DNA from: Kudoa neothunni
Taxonomy: Eukaryota; Animalia; Cnidaria
Direction of reading: 5' to 3'
NCBI GenBank assembly: GCA_964304625.1
Contig: OZ199840.1
Span: 8,261,787-8,286,852, forward strand
DNA length: 25,066 nt
The notes under the pieces are model-generated. The model saw nothing but the letters and a program-made list of their open reading frames with translations. It had not been told where the DNA came from and searched no databases. Below, one piece after another: positions 1 through 11,799 of the stretch (positions are counted from its first letter, which is position 1; each line of letters starts with the position of its first letter). The position numbers and the translations under genes are program-made.

Positions 1-942
1 ATTTTTTGTCTTGGTAACTCTTGATATCCAAATAGGATAAATATGCCAATAAATGTTCTCATTTCCACAGCCGTTGTGTGGGAATTATGGTTGTTGTTCT
101 GCCGCGCGTAGAGATCGTTAGACGCACGTGTGTTCTTATATTATCAACCAGGAAGCACCCAAAAGTCTCGTATTAACCTAAACTGAATAAAAATTAAGTG
201 GTTATATGGTTTAAGGTGGAACCTTTATAGAGATCATCCATTACGAGAGCCTTGCAACTATTATGACTAGAAAACGTTTCTTTTGAAACATTTTTCCTCC
301 CATGTCATTTTTGTTGATGTTAATTCCTTTATATTGTGTAAGGAATCTGGTCTAAAGATCTCGACTTGGCCCGCACTGTCCACCTCATTTAAAACTTCGC
401 AGTTGTCATAGTTGAAGTCATGGATGTTATCTTCTACAGCAGTGACTTCGTCAACATTTTCTGTTGGTAAAATGACAATATCGGTACATTCATCAGGGCC
501 ATATTCATCAATTGGATCGATAGCATCGCTTAGTCTAACAAATATCTCGATACTCATGGTAGAGGATTAGGGATCCTTGTGGGTTTTGCGTGTCGTTTAC
601 GACACGCAACCAATTAATAATTTTCTCAGAGTTTGCACGTTTAAAACTTTTCTTAATAATTTCTCATACTTCTGTTATCAATAGTAATTTAAAAATAGAA
701 TTAAATTAAAGTTTGCCGAATTTGTGTATACTTATTGCTGGTGTAACTGGTTGGTAGTGCGCATTTCCTTAACACCATCTTATTTCAAAAATTTAAGTAT
801 AAGTAAAAATTTAATTTTTTGGAATTGATAATAATAAATGAATGATAATCAGTATAAACAAATAATAATTATAGAATTAAAGTTGAACGCTACATGACTG
901 AAATAGTGACGTGTGGTTTACGACACGCAAAACCCGAATGGG
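1..942 (-). mobile_element. piggyBac-family element, left end and degenerate N-terminal transposase (PGBD2/3-like); continues beyond window start
   Basis: Minus strand reads TTAA (943-946) then CCCATTCGGGTTTTGCGTGTCGT, a piggyBac-type terminus. This motif recurs inverted and as a palindrome at 581-609. ORF 267-557 is an acidic N-terminus (DIVILPTENVDE). Bases ~118..1 on minus translate as DLYARQNNNHNSHTTAVEMRTFIGIFILFGYQELPRQK, matching the piggyBac TNxYA...E(M/L)xxFIGIxIxxGY block. Confidence 0.85.
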
Positions 943-1134
943 TTAAAATACTCAACGGGCTCGTTTTTGTACGTTGTCGTTGATTCGGATTACGACCAAT
1001 ATGATACATTTTTACTATTCCTACAGCTTATTATCTAATATTTTCTGTATAATTAACGATAAAAAGTTTCTTACCTCCAAGCGTGTTGATAACATTATAC
1101 AGTGGATGACTGGTGGTTTGTAATCCCACTAGGG

Positions 1135-1894
1135 CAGTGTTTCCCAACCTTTTTTCTATAGCGCCCCACGTGTTCTTGAAAAAAAGTTCCGTTCCCCACT
1201 TCTTTCGAAAGAATTAAATGTTTTACTTAAACTGTTGATAATATTGAATAAAACTCCCTTCACATTAAAACTTTAAAGAAATTAATATATATTTCTTTTC
1301 TCATTAAAATTAAAATGCGTTCGATCAGGTCTAACCTAATTTATCGATGAACCTTAAAAATTAACATCTTTAATTCATCAGTTCGTCAAAAATAGCATCA
1401 AATGAAATTAGTGGTAATCCAAACTTAATTAGGAAAGATTTTCGTGTATACAGAAGTAATGAACCGAAAATAAATAATATAGATAAAAAATTAATCAATG
1501 TTATATTAGTTTTTTTAAAAAAAGGATATATGATTCTAAATGAGACAAGAATGAGATTCAAATCATCCTGATTCTATTCGGTTGAATGACACGTTAAATA
1601 TTATTATTAATTTTTATATAATTAATCATTGCTTTTTGGATTTTTAATGATATTAATCGCCACTTAAAAATAGGCGATATCGAAAATCGCGATATTCACT
1701 TCGAAGTATTTTATACCGCCCAATTATCTTATCAGTATCCGTGTCACCTCAATACTCAGGATTTTCCGCGCCCGACCATCCGACCATCCGACCATCCCAC
1801 CAGAGCGGTTCATTAAACGTTCAAAAATGTGTATGCCCACCAAAGTTTATTCACACCGACTAGTGGGACGTGGGATCTATGTTGGGACATAGCT
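1135..1894 (+). mobile_element. hAT/Charlie-type non-autonomous element (MITE); right end approximate
   Basis: Starts CAGTGTTTCCCAACCT after an NNNTANNN target (CACTAGGG). The first ~225 bp align by eye with 24840-25066. A degenerate right-end-like TGTTGGGACATAG lies near 1880-1892. Confidence 0.7.
1772..1802 (+). repeat. short tandem repeat (CCGACCAT)x3 plus a partial unit
   Basis: ccgaccat ccgaccat ccgaccat cccacca, read directly. Confidence 0.85.
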
Positions 1895-2030
1895 CCAGTT
1901 GATTGATGGCATTCACGTTGACAACGTATAAGAGAAAAATTTGTATTATTAGTTTCTCTTTTTTTAAATAATGTTTTAGTATGACATATATTTTCTAGTA
2001 AAATTAAAATATTTATTTTATTTTCATTAA

Positions 2031-3965
2031 CCTCCTAATGTTTTTGGGTGTAATACACCCCAAGGCGAATTTAAAACAAGCATACCATTCGCTGTAAATA
2101 ATCGACCAACTTGTAACTCATGTTATTCCTATAAAAACATTATTAATACATAATAATACTTGAAATATAAAAATTTACTTGGAGTATATATTTTTATCGG
2201 AAGATTATCTTCTAAGGTTTTTGGAGTGTATTTCACCCCAGATTTTTATTCTTTCGAAAATACAAGTATATTGTTTTAAACATAAATAAAATGTTTCGGT
2301 GGTTTTAAACGAGCATATGACTAAAAAAGTCATGCTTGAAATCATAGTTTTTTGATTACGCGGTTTGGTTGTTGAATACATGGTATGAGCGGTTTTCGCT
2401 ATTTTAATGACGAATGCTGCTTATATGGTAATGAACAAAACTATTTTTGTCAATGAAGACTTTTAAGTCAATGAAAATAGCATCGAATAATGTTTAATTC
2501 ACAGTGATACATTAGCAAGTATGTGGTATCTCATATAGCAATATAAGATCATCTGCAACAAAAACCATTACCGCAGGCGTTATGAAATCTACTCTTTTCC
2601 TTAATTAATACGCTCGATTGAAAATAAAAACATATGTCGATTGTTTTATGCTTTTTCAGTGAATAATTATGTGCAACAATCATAATGTACATTAACATGT
2701 TTTGCCGAAAACATTTTAAATATGAATGGTTTGATATGGACAGCGTTAAATTCATGAGTTACTTTGGACTTATTATACCTATGAGAACGCATAAGGATCG
2801 GCAAGAGCTTTTATGTGCACTTTTCAGTGTCAAAATAGGCGAAAAATATACAGAAGACATTTTTTACTTCGTCGGTTCAGACAGATTAATCGATAAATCC
2901 ATTTCGATGATTTTGAAACCAGGGTTAAGCTACCGGAAACAAATAAATTATTTTAGCGATGTGAGCTATGGAATACGTGGATAAATATACTTCACAGATT
3001 TATTCTTCCCAGTCGAGATGTTACGATAGATGAATATCTTGTGTTATTTTGGGGAAGATATCCGTTTAGACAATATATGTCAATGACACTGACGAAATAT
3101 TGTCTGAAATTTTTCTTGTTTATTGACAAGGAATCTAACTATGGCTCGAACATCAATATCTATATGAGGGGGAATAATTCTGAGAGCACGAGACAATTTA
3201 AGGTTGACGAAAAAATAGTTCTCTCCTTATCGGCCCCGCTTTTTATTCTGACCGAAACATGGTAGCTGGTAGCTGTTGATTTTTGTCTTCATCTTAGTTA
3301 GTCGAAAAATGGATAGATAAAAAGCTCGCTTTCTTAGGAACAATGAGGAAAAAGGGGAAATTCCGAGCTGCTTTCTTTCTTCTCAGAGAAGACATATTTA
3401 TGACAACAATTTTGTATTTTATAAAAACCATGCGATGGTTTCGTCTGTGTACAAAAAATCGAGGGATGTCATTCATTTGACAAATGGAATCGCAAACTAC
3501 TCTGTATCTGATGAAAAATAAAAATTTAAGCCAACGTATATCTTGAACTATAACCGAACTCCAGACGGGATTGATAACAGATCGATTGCTTGAATCTGTT
3601 TCAGCGCGCTGGCTTACGATGGGATGCCCATGATGTTTTTTTAATATTATTAACCTATCCTTAATTAATGATTTTGCGTTATATAAGAATATTCACGGCG
3701 ATATGGAAAAAAACATGCGTACATTTTTAAAAGAAATTTCTCAATGTCTCCACGATACTCTTTCTCTCTAGAAAAATTCCCACCAAAATCCTAACACTTC
3801 TATTAGAAAGAGACCATGATGCGAAGAAAGCATCCGCTAGCAATCTGAAACAATTTAGATGTGAGTTCTGCGAAAGAAAAAAGACAGCGAAACGTCACAA
3901 TGGTGAAAATCATGTTTCAAACTTTACTGCTCCTAACATTCATCTAACACTCGTTTTAAATGTAA
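2031..3965 (+). mobile_element. degenerate piggyBac transposon (transposase pseudogene); right end not located
   Basis: TTAA at 2027-2030 followed by CCTCCTAATGTTTTTGGGTGTAATACACCCCA, with an internal repeat near 2208-2240. Translated fragments: MSYFGLII; RDVTIDEYLVLFWGRYPFRQYM..TKYCLKFF (compare VTVDEQLV.FRGRCPFRQY..KP.KYG.K); LGTMRKK; YNRTPDGID; and a decayed Cys-rich tail RCEFCERKK at ~3858-3960. Many stops and frameshifts. Confidence 0.88.
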
Positions 3966-4246
3966 AAAATTGCAGATCTCATTTATTTTTAAAATTTGTT
4001 GAAAATAATGTAATAGACCACTTTTCCTAGAAGAAAATATTATAGTTCAATTACCGATCGTATACGACTTTTGTTTATACGGATAATAAATCAGATTAAA
4101 GTTGGATTAACGCGCGTATATTGTCACGTATTTGTGAAAGTTCCGCCCAAAGGGTTTGTTTTATAATTTACAGATAAAGTTGTTATGATTTTTTGAAAAT
4201 ATTCGGCAAATAAAAATTTGGGATTAATTACATCCCAATTATGGTT

Positions 4247-4484
4247 ATGGTAAAGTATGTGACTCCAGAAAAACACCATATTGCATGCGGTTTTTCTCGT
4301 TTTTTCTTTTACGATTATCAATAATAAATCAAAAGAATACTGAGCGCAAGTATTGAGCTCAAATAAATTTCTTCCAAATTTTTGCTTAATTCTTATTTGA
4401 CTACAGTCGGATACACGTGTAATCCACATCGCTTTCCAATAAACACCTAAAAATTGATGATTTTTTGATTATTTTATCCTAATT
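4247..4484 (-). repeat. dispersed repeat, inverted partner of 5641-5851
   Basis: Blocks such as ATGGTAAAGTATGTGACTCCAGAAAAACACCAT, TTACGATTATCAATAATAAATCAAAAGAATA and TTGACTACAGTCGGATACACGT are exact reverse complements of blocks in 5641-5851. Confidence 0.9.
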
Positions 4485-5640
4485 AGTATACTATTATTAT
4501 TATTTAAATTTTCTTAATATTCACATACCAAATTTAGCATAGTAAACCTTCTAAATAAGTTCGTCTAAAATTAAGAAATAATGTGTCATCTATCTTTATT
4601 TCTAAGTGTCAAATTAACTTTTAAACTATTTAGTAACATCAATAATTGTTTATTTAATTTAATAAATTTTTATTAGTACATTATTATTAGTGAAGTAATT
4701 TTTATACACCAATTGCTTGCGAAATTGAAACTAACGATAATTATATTAATCGTACATTGATATTTTTGATTATAAAATATAAGAAAGGCGTTAATTAAAA
4801 ATATTACAATACTTATTTTATCTAATTTATTTATCTGAAGACATTAAAGTGGAGATCTTTTACAAATTATATATCGTATATTTATTTAACTAAAATATAA
4901 GGTATATAATTCATTAACATTACAAATTTAATTTATTTGGACAAAAATATTTGTTTAGTAAAATAATGTTTGATTATCGCTATAATATATAAGTTAGCTT
5001 TGAAATGAAATTATTTATAATTTTAGTTCGTACGCTACGCCGAAATCAATCTTTGCAACAACTACTAAGCTATTAATGCACAGTTGAAGTGTTATGCAAT
5101 GCATTGGAGTCATGGACAGTTTTATGAAGATTTACTCGTTCAAATTTCCTCACAAATTTTAATATAGCATTTTCTAAATGAATATATTTTTTTATCGTTA
5201 ATTTGCTTGTTGAATTAACGGAATCCATACAGGAGAAAAAAAAGTATCGTTTCGAGGGGTAACACTAGTTTTACGCCTTATTTACATTAAGTCGTTATTC
5301 CGCAGAAGTAATTTTTACAATAGTGAGTGAAGGAATAATCAATGTGGTTTCTCTCGTACCACGAAATTTCTGTCATTGGTCTCCTTACATTTAATTTTTT
5401 CTTTTTTTTAAGTAAGGTTTTCAAAATTCCAACAATTAAAACATCTTTTTGAAGCAGCTCTAAGGTAACCCCTTGTTACTAAGGTACAAAATAACTTATC
5501 ATGGTCACTAGTTAAACAGAAAATGTCATCGTCCTCTCTAAAATTTAAAAGCTCCATTACCGCGATTTTCACCTTGTAAATGAACACAGAAAAATTTAAT
5601 ATCGTTTTTATTAAGAATAATATAAAATGAAATTTTGGAT

Positions 5641-5851
5641 AATTTGAGAAATAATAAATAATTAGCTATTTTTCGGTGTTTATTGCAAAACGATGTAGAT
5701 TAAACGTGTATCCGACTGTAGTCAAGCAGAAATTAGGCAAAAATTTAGAAGCAATTTATTTACACTCAATATTCTTTTGATTTATTATTGATAATCGTAA
5801 GAGAAAAACGCGCCCAAGATGGTGTTTTTCTGGAGTCACATACTTTACCAT
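5641..5851 (+). repeat. dispersed repeat, inverted partner of 4247-4484; probably the terminal part of a piggyBac-type non-autonomous element ending at 6987
   Basis: Reverse complement of 4247-4484. With the hAT insertion at 5876-6953 removed, the sequence runs into ...GATCGTCCGAGGG|TTAA (6988-6991). Confidence 0.85.
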
Positions 5852-5875
5852 CATCCCAAAAACGTTTGTGGGTGT

Positions 5876-6953
5876 CAGCGTTGCCAACCCAAATCAATTA
5901 AAAAAATCAGAATTAATATTTAATTATATGTATAAATATTACGTTAATTTAATAATAACTCAGAAACTTCAAATTTATGACATCATTTGGTCGATGTGTT
6001 GAAAAATGTCCTCATTAGAACAAGATTCTCTGATGTAGAGCACAACATATTATTTCTTCTAATGTTTTCGATAATTTCAGAAGAGAAAATGCTCTTTCCG
6101 GTGAAGCGTTAATCAAAGCCATATTATTTAAAGATGTACTGTATTTTTCGGTAAGATTAAAATTTATTTGCCGATAAACAATCGCCAAAAAAGGGATTGT
6201 TAATAATTTAATCAAACAAATTTTGTTTTCGAGCCTATTCAACTCCTTTAATTTCAAACAATTGTATTACAGTCTATCGTTCGACTTTTGAATTTTACGT
6301 AGCAACTATACCTAGATGAGGTTTTATTTTTATGTGCGACCATTTATTCATTAAAATTAATTAAAATAAGTCCAGTAGATAATATTTAGTTAAATTTTAA
6401 AATTTTATGAAAATTGATGACGAACACTTGTAACGATAACTTAGCATTGGACATCACTAAAATCAGATTCTTTTTTTTTTAATTCAAACACAAAAATCTC
6501 TTTGTAATAATCCCAAAATGGCTCATGGTTATGATTAAACTGTGTATAGTCGCTAATAATGATAATGGTAAAAAACCAAAATATTGGTCTTAACAGGAGC
6601 ATAAAATTTAGAAATGTGTTCATTTTGATAAATTTTTGGCATATTTTTAAGCTCAGTTTTTGTATTACGTGGGCTTTGAGAATTATTAAAATTTCTAATT
6701 GTATCTTGCATATGGTGAACTTCTATTGCAGACATTTTAATTTGAAATAAAGTATTGTTCCAAGTATAAAATTATCTACTCGAAGATTTCTCGTAATGAA
6801 ATCAGCAATGATTAAATTCCATTTTTTGTGAATGTGCAATAACTCCTTATCTTAGAAACACTGTTTTGCGATTATGAAATCTTTCGAAGATCAAACGTAA
6901 AACTCTGACAAAATAGGACACATGGAAAAAATTGGACATGATTGACAACGCTG
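5876..6953 (-). mobile_element. hAT transposon remnant (internally deleted)
   Basis: TIRs CAGCGTTGCCAA (5876) and TTGACAACGCTG (ending 6953), 11/12 match. Minus ORF 6015-6257 contains NASPERAFSLLKLSKT, the hAT dimerization motif (S.A..ER.FS.LK..KT). The flanks GTGGGTGT and AGTGGGGTGT form only an imperfect TSD. Confidence 0.8.
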
Positions 6954-7516
6954 AGTGGGGTGTATCGATTTTCGGATCGTCCGAGGGTTAAAGAACAATA
7001 TAATTTATTTTATTACAGGAAAAAAACAACATAATTTGTTGATAATTTCTCGTTCTTCATTTGATAAAAATTGAATTAATATTGCGCCATTCCTTAATAT
7101 AATATTGCGTTTCATCACACAAAGGGTATTCAATCATTTATAAATTGTTCGACGTTTCATTGTGTCCCCATGGATTTTCGGCAAACACGAAAAAATTTAA
7201 TTGTAGAAAAAAATCACCCAACTTACATTTTCACGAAAAGTTATCTTATGCCTTGAAAAGTTTATATATTTTTATAAAAGTTTCAATTTTTTAATAAATT
7301 CTGCAGAGGAATTATTTTTCGAATTCGGTAGGTCACTAAGCCGACGAAATATTCTCTGGACGAATAATTCAATCCCCATACACAGTCTAGCCAAAAACGA
7401 TCATTGAAACTTATTTATGATTAAAAACTCTTTTAATCTAAAATTATTTCAGTTTTAATATAGGTAAAAAAAGTAGGACTGGGTGTTAAATGGTTAATAT
7501 AAAATTCAGAGATTTT

Positions 7517-7526
7517 GCGCATGCGT
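7517..7526 (+). promoter_or_regulatory. GCGCATGCGT, NRF1-like palindromic promoter element, 4 nt upstream of the PPP1R2 ATG
   Basis: Resembles the NRF1/EWG consensus YGCGCATGCGCR. The identical 10-mer precedes the RUFY gene in the same relative orientation. Confidence 0.65.
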
Positions 7527-7530
7527 GAAA

Positions 7531-8108
7531 ATGGAGTCCGATACTCAAGATTCCAAAAAAGGCATATTAAAAAAAGACTCCAAACAAAAGTAGCCGGTTA
7601 ATAAATAGTATAAATAAGTACGAACTCGTTTAAAGTGATCTCACTGGCAAGGTTGGAGTTACTTGGGATGAGGAGAACATAATGGAAACATTTCACCCTC
7701 CCAACAAAGATTATGGTCATATGAAAATAGCCGAGCCCCCAACACCGTTTGAGAGTGCATCAGAGAGTGAAACATCATCACTTTCTGGTCAAAATCATGA
7801 AGGAGTGGATTCGGAGGGTAATGCAAAAAAGATCAACTTTGTACCCCACGAGAATGTCGATTCTGAGTAGGTTTCCATTTTTCTCCGTATAAATTTTATT
7901 TGTTATGTTAGGCCATCTGGCAAGGATGCTGAAGCACGTAATGCGATCTTCCTATTGGAAGTTTCGTGTTATGCATAATATTGGTAATTTAATTTTAGAT
8001 AAAAAGTTTGAAGAGGCTCGTAAAAAGCACTATGACGAATTCACTAAAGTACAACTGGCAAGGAAGTTGTTGGAAGAGGAAATGAAAGAATTGGAAGATG
8101 ACGATTGA
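7531..8108 (+). CDS. PPP1R2: protein phosphatase 1 inhibitor-2 (IPP-2/Glc8 family), about 141 aa; exons 7531-7589, 7636-7866, 7912-7937, 7999-8108
   Basis: GT-AG introns of 46, 45 and 61 nt join in frame. Motifs: KKGILKK (SILK), VTWDEENI (RVxF-equivalent), [19 protein letters not shown] (phospho-Thr PxTP), and [22 protein letters not shown] (HYNE helix). Confidence 0.95.
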
Positions 8109-8781
8109 TTTAATTATTACATCCGACTATGTTTCCTATTGTCAGTTATTTATTAGTGGATTTTTGTATTGGCGAGTTTTTTCTCTGTTTAGTGATGTTA
8201 CTGAATTGAATTTTTCATGAAGTATAATGAGTAGTAGTATGTTTAAATCCATGGATTTCAGAAAAATGATATTACACTCTTAAGTTTTTATTTTTTAATT
8301 TATTCGACCTTTTTATTCCGCTCATGGATATAATTGATGGTGGTTGTATCACATTTTTCGTCGTGTGTCATTATTCTATCATTTTATAATAACCATTTCT
8401 TTCTGATGTTCTTTTTAATTTTAAAGTTATAAAGTTTACAGTTAAGTTATTTTTCATAAATTAGAGGAAAATGTTATTACACATTAAAATTCAATCTTTC
8501 TATGAAGTTTTCCATTGATATTACGCACTAATTTTACTCGCTATTGACTTAAACATCATAAACTCCAAATATAATATTATCGATATTATTATTGTTATTG
8601 TTATTGGGATATTTATAAATTTAAGGAATACAAGTTAAAAGTTGATACCAATTTTTAAGTTGTCTTTGGAAAAATGATTAAATATTAATTTATTACATAA
8701 AAAATAAAGATAGTATATGCAACAATACAAATGTTTATTATATTTCTAAATTTTTTCTGAATTGGTAAAAATAATGTTATA

Positions 8782-10811
8782 CAGTTAGAGACCAGTTTTA
8801 CGCACTTTTTCGCGCGCCCATTACAGAAAAGTATTCAATTATTCATTAAATAACATAATTGAAATGCGCAAATTCTGGTAAAAACGTCATTTTTTTAAAA
8901 GAAAGCATTGTCCTCAACCGGGTTTGAGTAATCCCTTGGGGATCTCGGAAAAATGTGAGTGAAATTGGTAACGTCCAGTTTACGCATATAATATTATACG
9001 TAGCTATTTAATATAATTGAAATTCATAAATTTAAGAAGCAAATAATTTTCTTCATTTAGAAATGAAATACAGTTGTGCAGAGATACTACGCACTTTTTG
9101 ATATTATGGCAAGATTTCCTATTAATAATACATAATATTGTTATTTATAGTATGATAAACTTAAAATTGTTTAATTAAGCAAAATTATTATTAAAAATAT
9201 TGCTCACAACCATAGAAAATTTGGCTGCATGTTTACTGCACACTAAAAATCCCCCAAATAAATCCAACGACATGGTCAGTACGCAATTAAGAAATCAGAG
9301 AAAATATCGATCGTTAGATGAGAAGATTAAAATAATAAATTATTACCGCGAAATAAAATGATTCAGTGGCTCAAAAACTAAAACCGTTGAGAAATTGAAT
9401 CTCAAATCGATATCTTCTTTGAATAGCATATTATTAAAAAGAAGCAGTATTATGAAAGATTTTAATTCCGGAGATCTGGATCACAGCAGAAAAACCTTAA
9501 AAAAGGGAATTTTTCCAAATTTCTTTCCAAAGTTAAGGAGAGGATTGAGTTAATGAGAGCTCGTAATATCGAGCTCCCAAGGGTTATGATTAAAAAGGCT
9601 AACAACTATTCATTTGAAGTTAAAAAACAACTTCTAAAGTTGTGAGAGGTTGGTTTCAAGAGTTAAACTGACGAAGAACAGATTCGCAGGAGAGTCTAAG
9701 AGTGTCGATCCTGAAATAGTTTCCTATTGAAAAGATCAACTGTTAAAATTGATTGAGAATTATGACCCAAAAGATATATTTAATTTGGATGAGAGTGGGT
9801 TATTTTATCAGCAAAGAAAAAGTAAAATATACTATAAATTTTTATCACAAAATGAAATTTAGTGTATGATTAAGTATTTAAAAAGGAGGGAAACTTGCAC
9901 GGTTCCAAAAAATCGAAGAAGAAAATAACTATTGCTGTCATTTTCTCGGTGTTAGGAGAAAAACGACCGTTATTAATAGTTGGAAATTATGAAAATCCTC
10001 GTTGCTTTCGGAGGATTAAGGACCTCCCACTTTCCTATTACACAAATAAGAAAGCTTGGATGACCAATTTAATTTTTTCAAAATAACTAACGGAGTGGAA
10101 TCGTGAACTTTCTCGATGCAAGAGAAGTATCTTATTATTTGCTGATAATTGTCCAGCCCACCCAACACTAAATTTTTCAAACATCCAACTCGGTTTTTCC
10201 CACCCAAAACAACCAGTGTATTGCAGCCATTGGATCAGGGTATTATTAACAGTCTAAAATGTATTTAAAAAAATCATCTGACAAATTGTTTTATAAATAA
10301 GGCTATTTCTAATTCCACGGATGTTTCTGATAACAATTTAAGTAATGATCCTCCAGACTTATTTGAAGCTATGTATATGATTAAAGAAACATGGCAATTA
10401 ATGACTGACGAAACAATAAAAACTGTCTTAAAAAATCATTCTTTTTTAATAACTGTGATTCAGCAGACATCATTCCTTCGTTTGAAAGTGATTTACCGGA
10501 AAATAAACTTGGAGACTGTGTTGATGAAGAAGAAATTATTTCAATTAGAGATCCAGAAGAAGGTGTTAACTCGATAAATAATGGAGTCGACGCAATGGAT
10601 GAATCGTCTTCTGATGCAAATTATGAACAAACTAGCATAATTTGTTCCATTAATGAAGTTATCGAACACTCAAATAAATTAAGGAATTTTTTTTGTTCAT
10701 GACCCCGCTATGTTAGAAAATATAACCAAATTAGACTTTTATATTTGCAACATAAGACATGGTTCCCAAAAGAACGATAAAATAGCCGATTATTTCAAAA
10801 AATCTGTATAA
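8782..10811 (+). mobile_element. pogo/Tigger (CENP-B-like DDE) transposon, degenerate transposase ~9272-10811; right TIR not found
   Basis: TA|CAGTTAGAGACCAGTTTTACGCAC left end, with TACGCA recurring at 8799, 8981, 9088 and 9280. Fragments: MVSTQLRNQRKYRSLDEKIKII (psq HTH); YDPKDIFNLDESGLFY; GSKKSKKKITI...PLLIVGNYENPRCF...NKKAWMT; ADNCPAHP; PPKTTSVLQPLDQGII; C-terminal KIADYFKK. Multiple stops and frameshifts. Confidence 0.92.
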
Positions 10812-10915
10812 TTTCGAATTATTATAGTTTATTCATCTTATATTTCTTTTTTCGTGTATTTACTATTGATTTTTTCCAAATATATACGAGTTACTATTAC
10901 TATGGGTAGACAAAT

Positions 10916-11799
10916 ATGATTGTTAAATACAAAATACAGTGGCGATCGACTGAGATTTTTCTCTCATGCTACGGTCGCGGACATGGGTACTACGCTCCTA
11001 AATGTTTTGTCCCAAAAAAGTGCATAATATCCCTGCACTCCTATATTATGAATAGTCGACCTGGTGTCTCTCCATTTTTATTACAAAATACAATTGATAC
11101 TTTCAGAATAATATTTAGTTCTGTTATGTACGCCATTATTTTAAAATATAAACAGTACATGGGTAGAAATATTTTTGGTGATAGATGGATCGAATTGGAT
11201 GGGTTCATTAGCAGTTTATTTCTGACGAGTCATCATAGGGATATTGGGAATCGGTTAAAGAGATATTTGGGTTAGAAAAAGGAAAGATATATCATGATTT
11301 ATTCTCATTACATAAATTCCTCCAAATAATGTGAGTTTCGCATTTTGATGGTATATAAAATATTTAGGTAACAAAATAATCCGGAAACTTTTGCCATGTT
11401 GGTGAACTACGGCATATTTAGGTGGGGTTTTCACGCGTCGTTTCCACCCTAATGAACATTTCGAGCGTATCTATGTTACCTGTTTGATGCAATAGTCTAT
11501 GTCTATGTCAGGATTATGATATTTTTGATCACTTTAAGCTCAAATTAAATAAAGAATTAATTTTGCTAAATGAGCTGAATTTTGAGTTATGTTTACAGAA
11601 AATATGTGATCTCAAAAGTAATACATACACATACTCTGCGGTTAAAATATTTCTTGATAATGCGCACACAATATTATATGATATCATTTTTGAAATTACT
11701 GAATATGTAATCGATCAAATATTTTATCGAATAAAAACCTGGAGTCTTTTGGACCCCAATTATACTTGGAGGGTGTAAATTTTCATGTGATTTAGAAGG
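10916..11799 (+). mobile_element. piggyBac remnant (N-terminal transposase fragment plus probable right terminus)
   Basis: ORF 10916-11275 has IMNSRPGVSP..DTFRIIFSSVMYAIILKY...WIELDGFISSLFLT, followed by FSLHKFLQIM*VSHFD (compare MS..RF..I...LRFD). The terminus is ...GATTTAGAAGG|TTAA (11800-11803), with subterminal GGAGTCTTTTGGACCCC resembling the GGAGTGTATTTCACCCC motif at 2223. Confidence 0.7.

Noticed and set aside
5460-5486. CTAAGGTA 8-bp direct repeat with an 11-nt spacer as a hAT excision footprint
   Set aside because: Too short to distinguish from chance without an orthologous locus.
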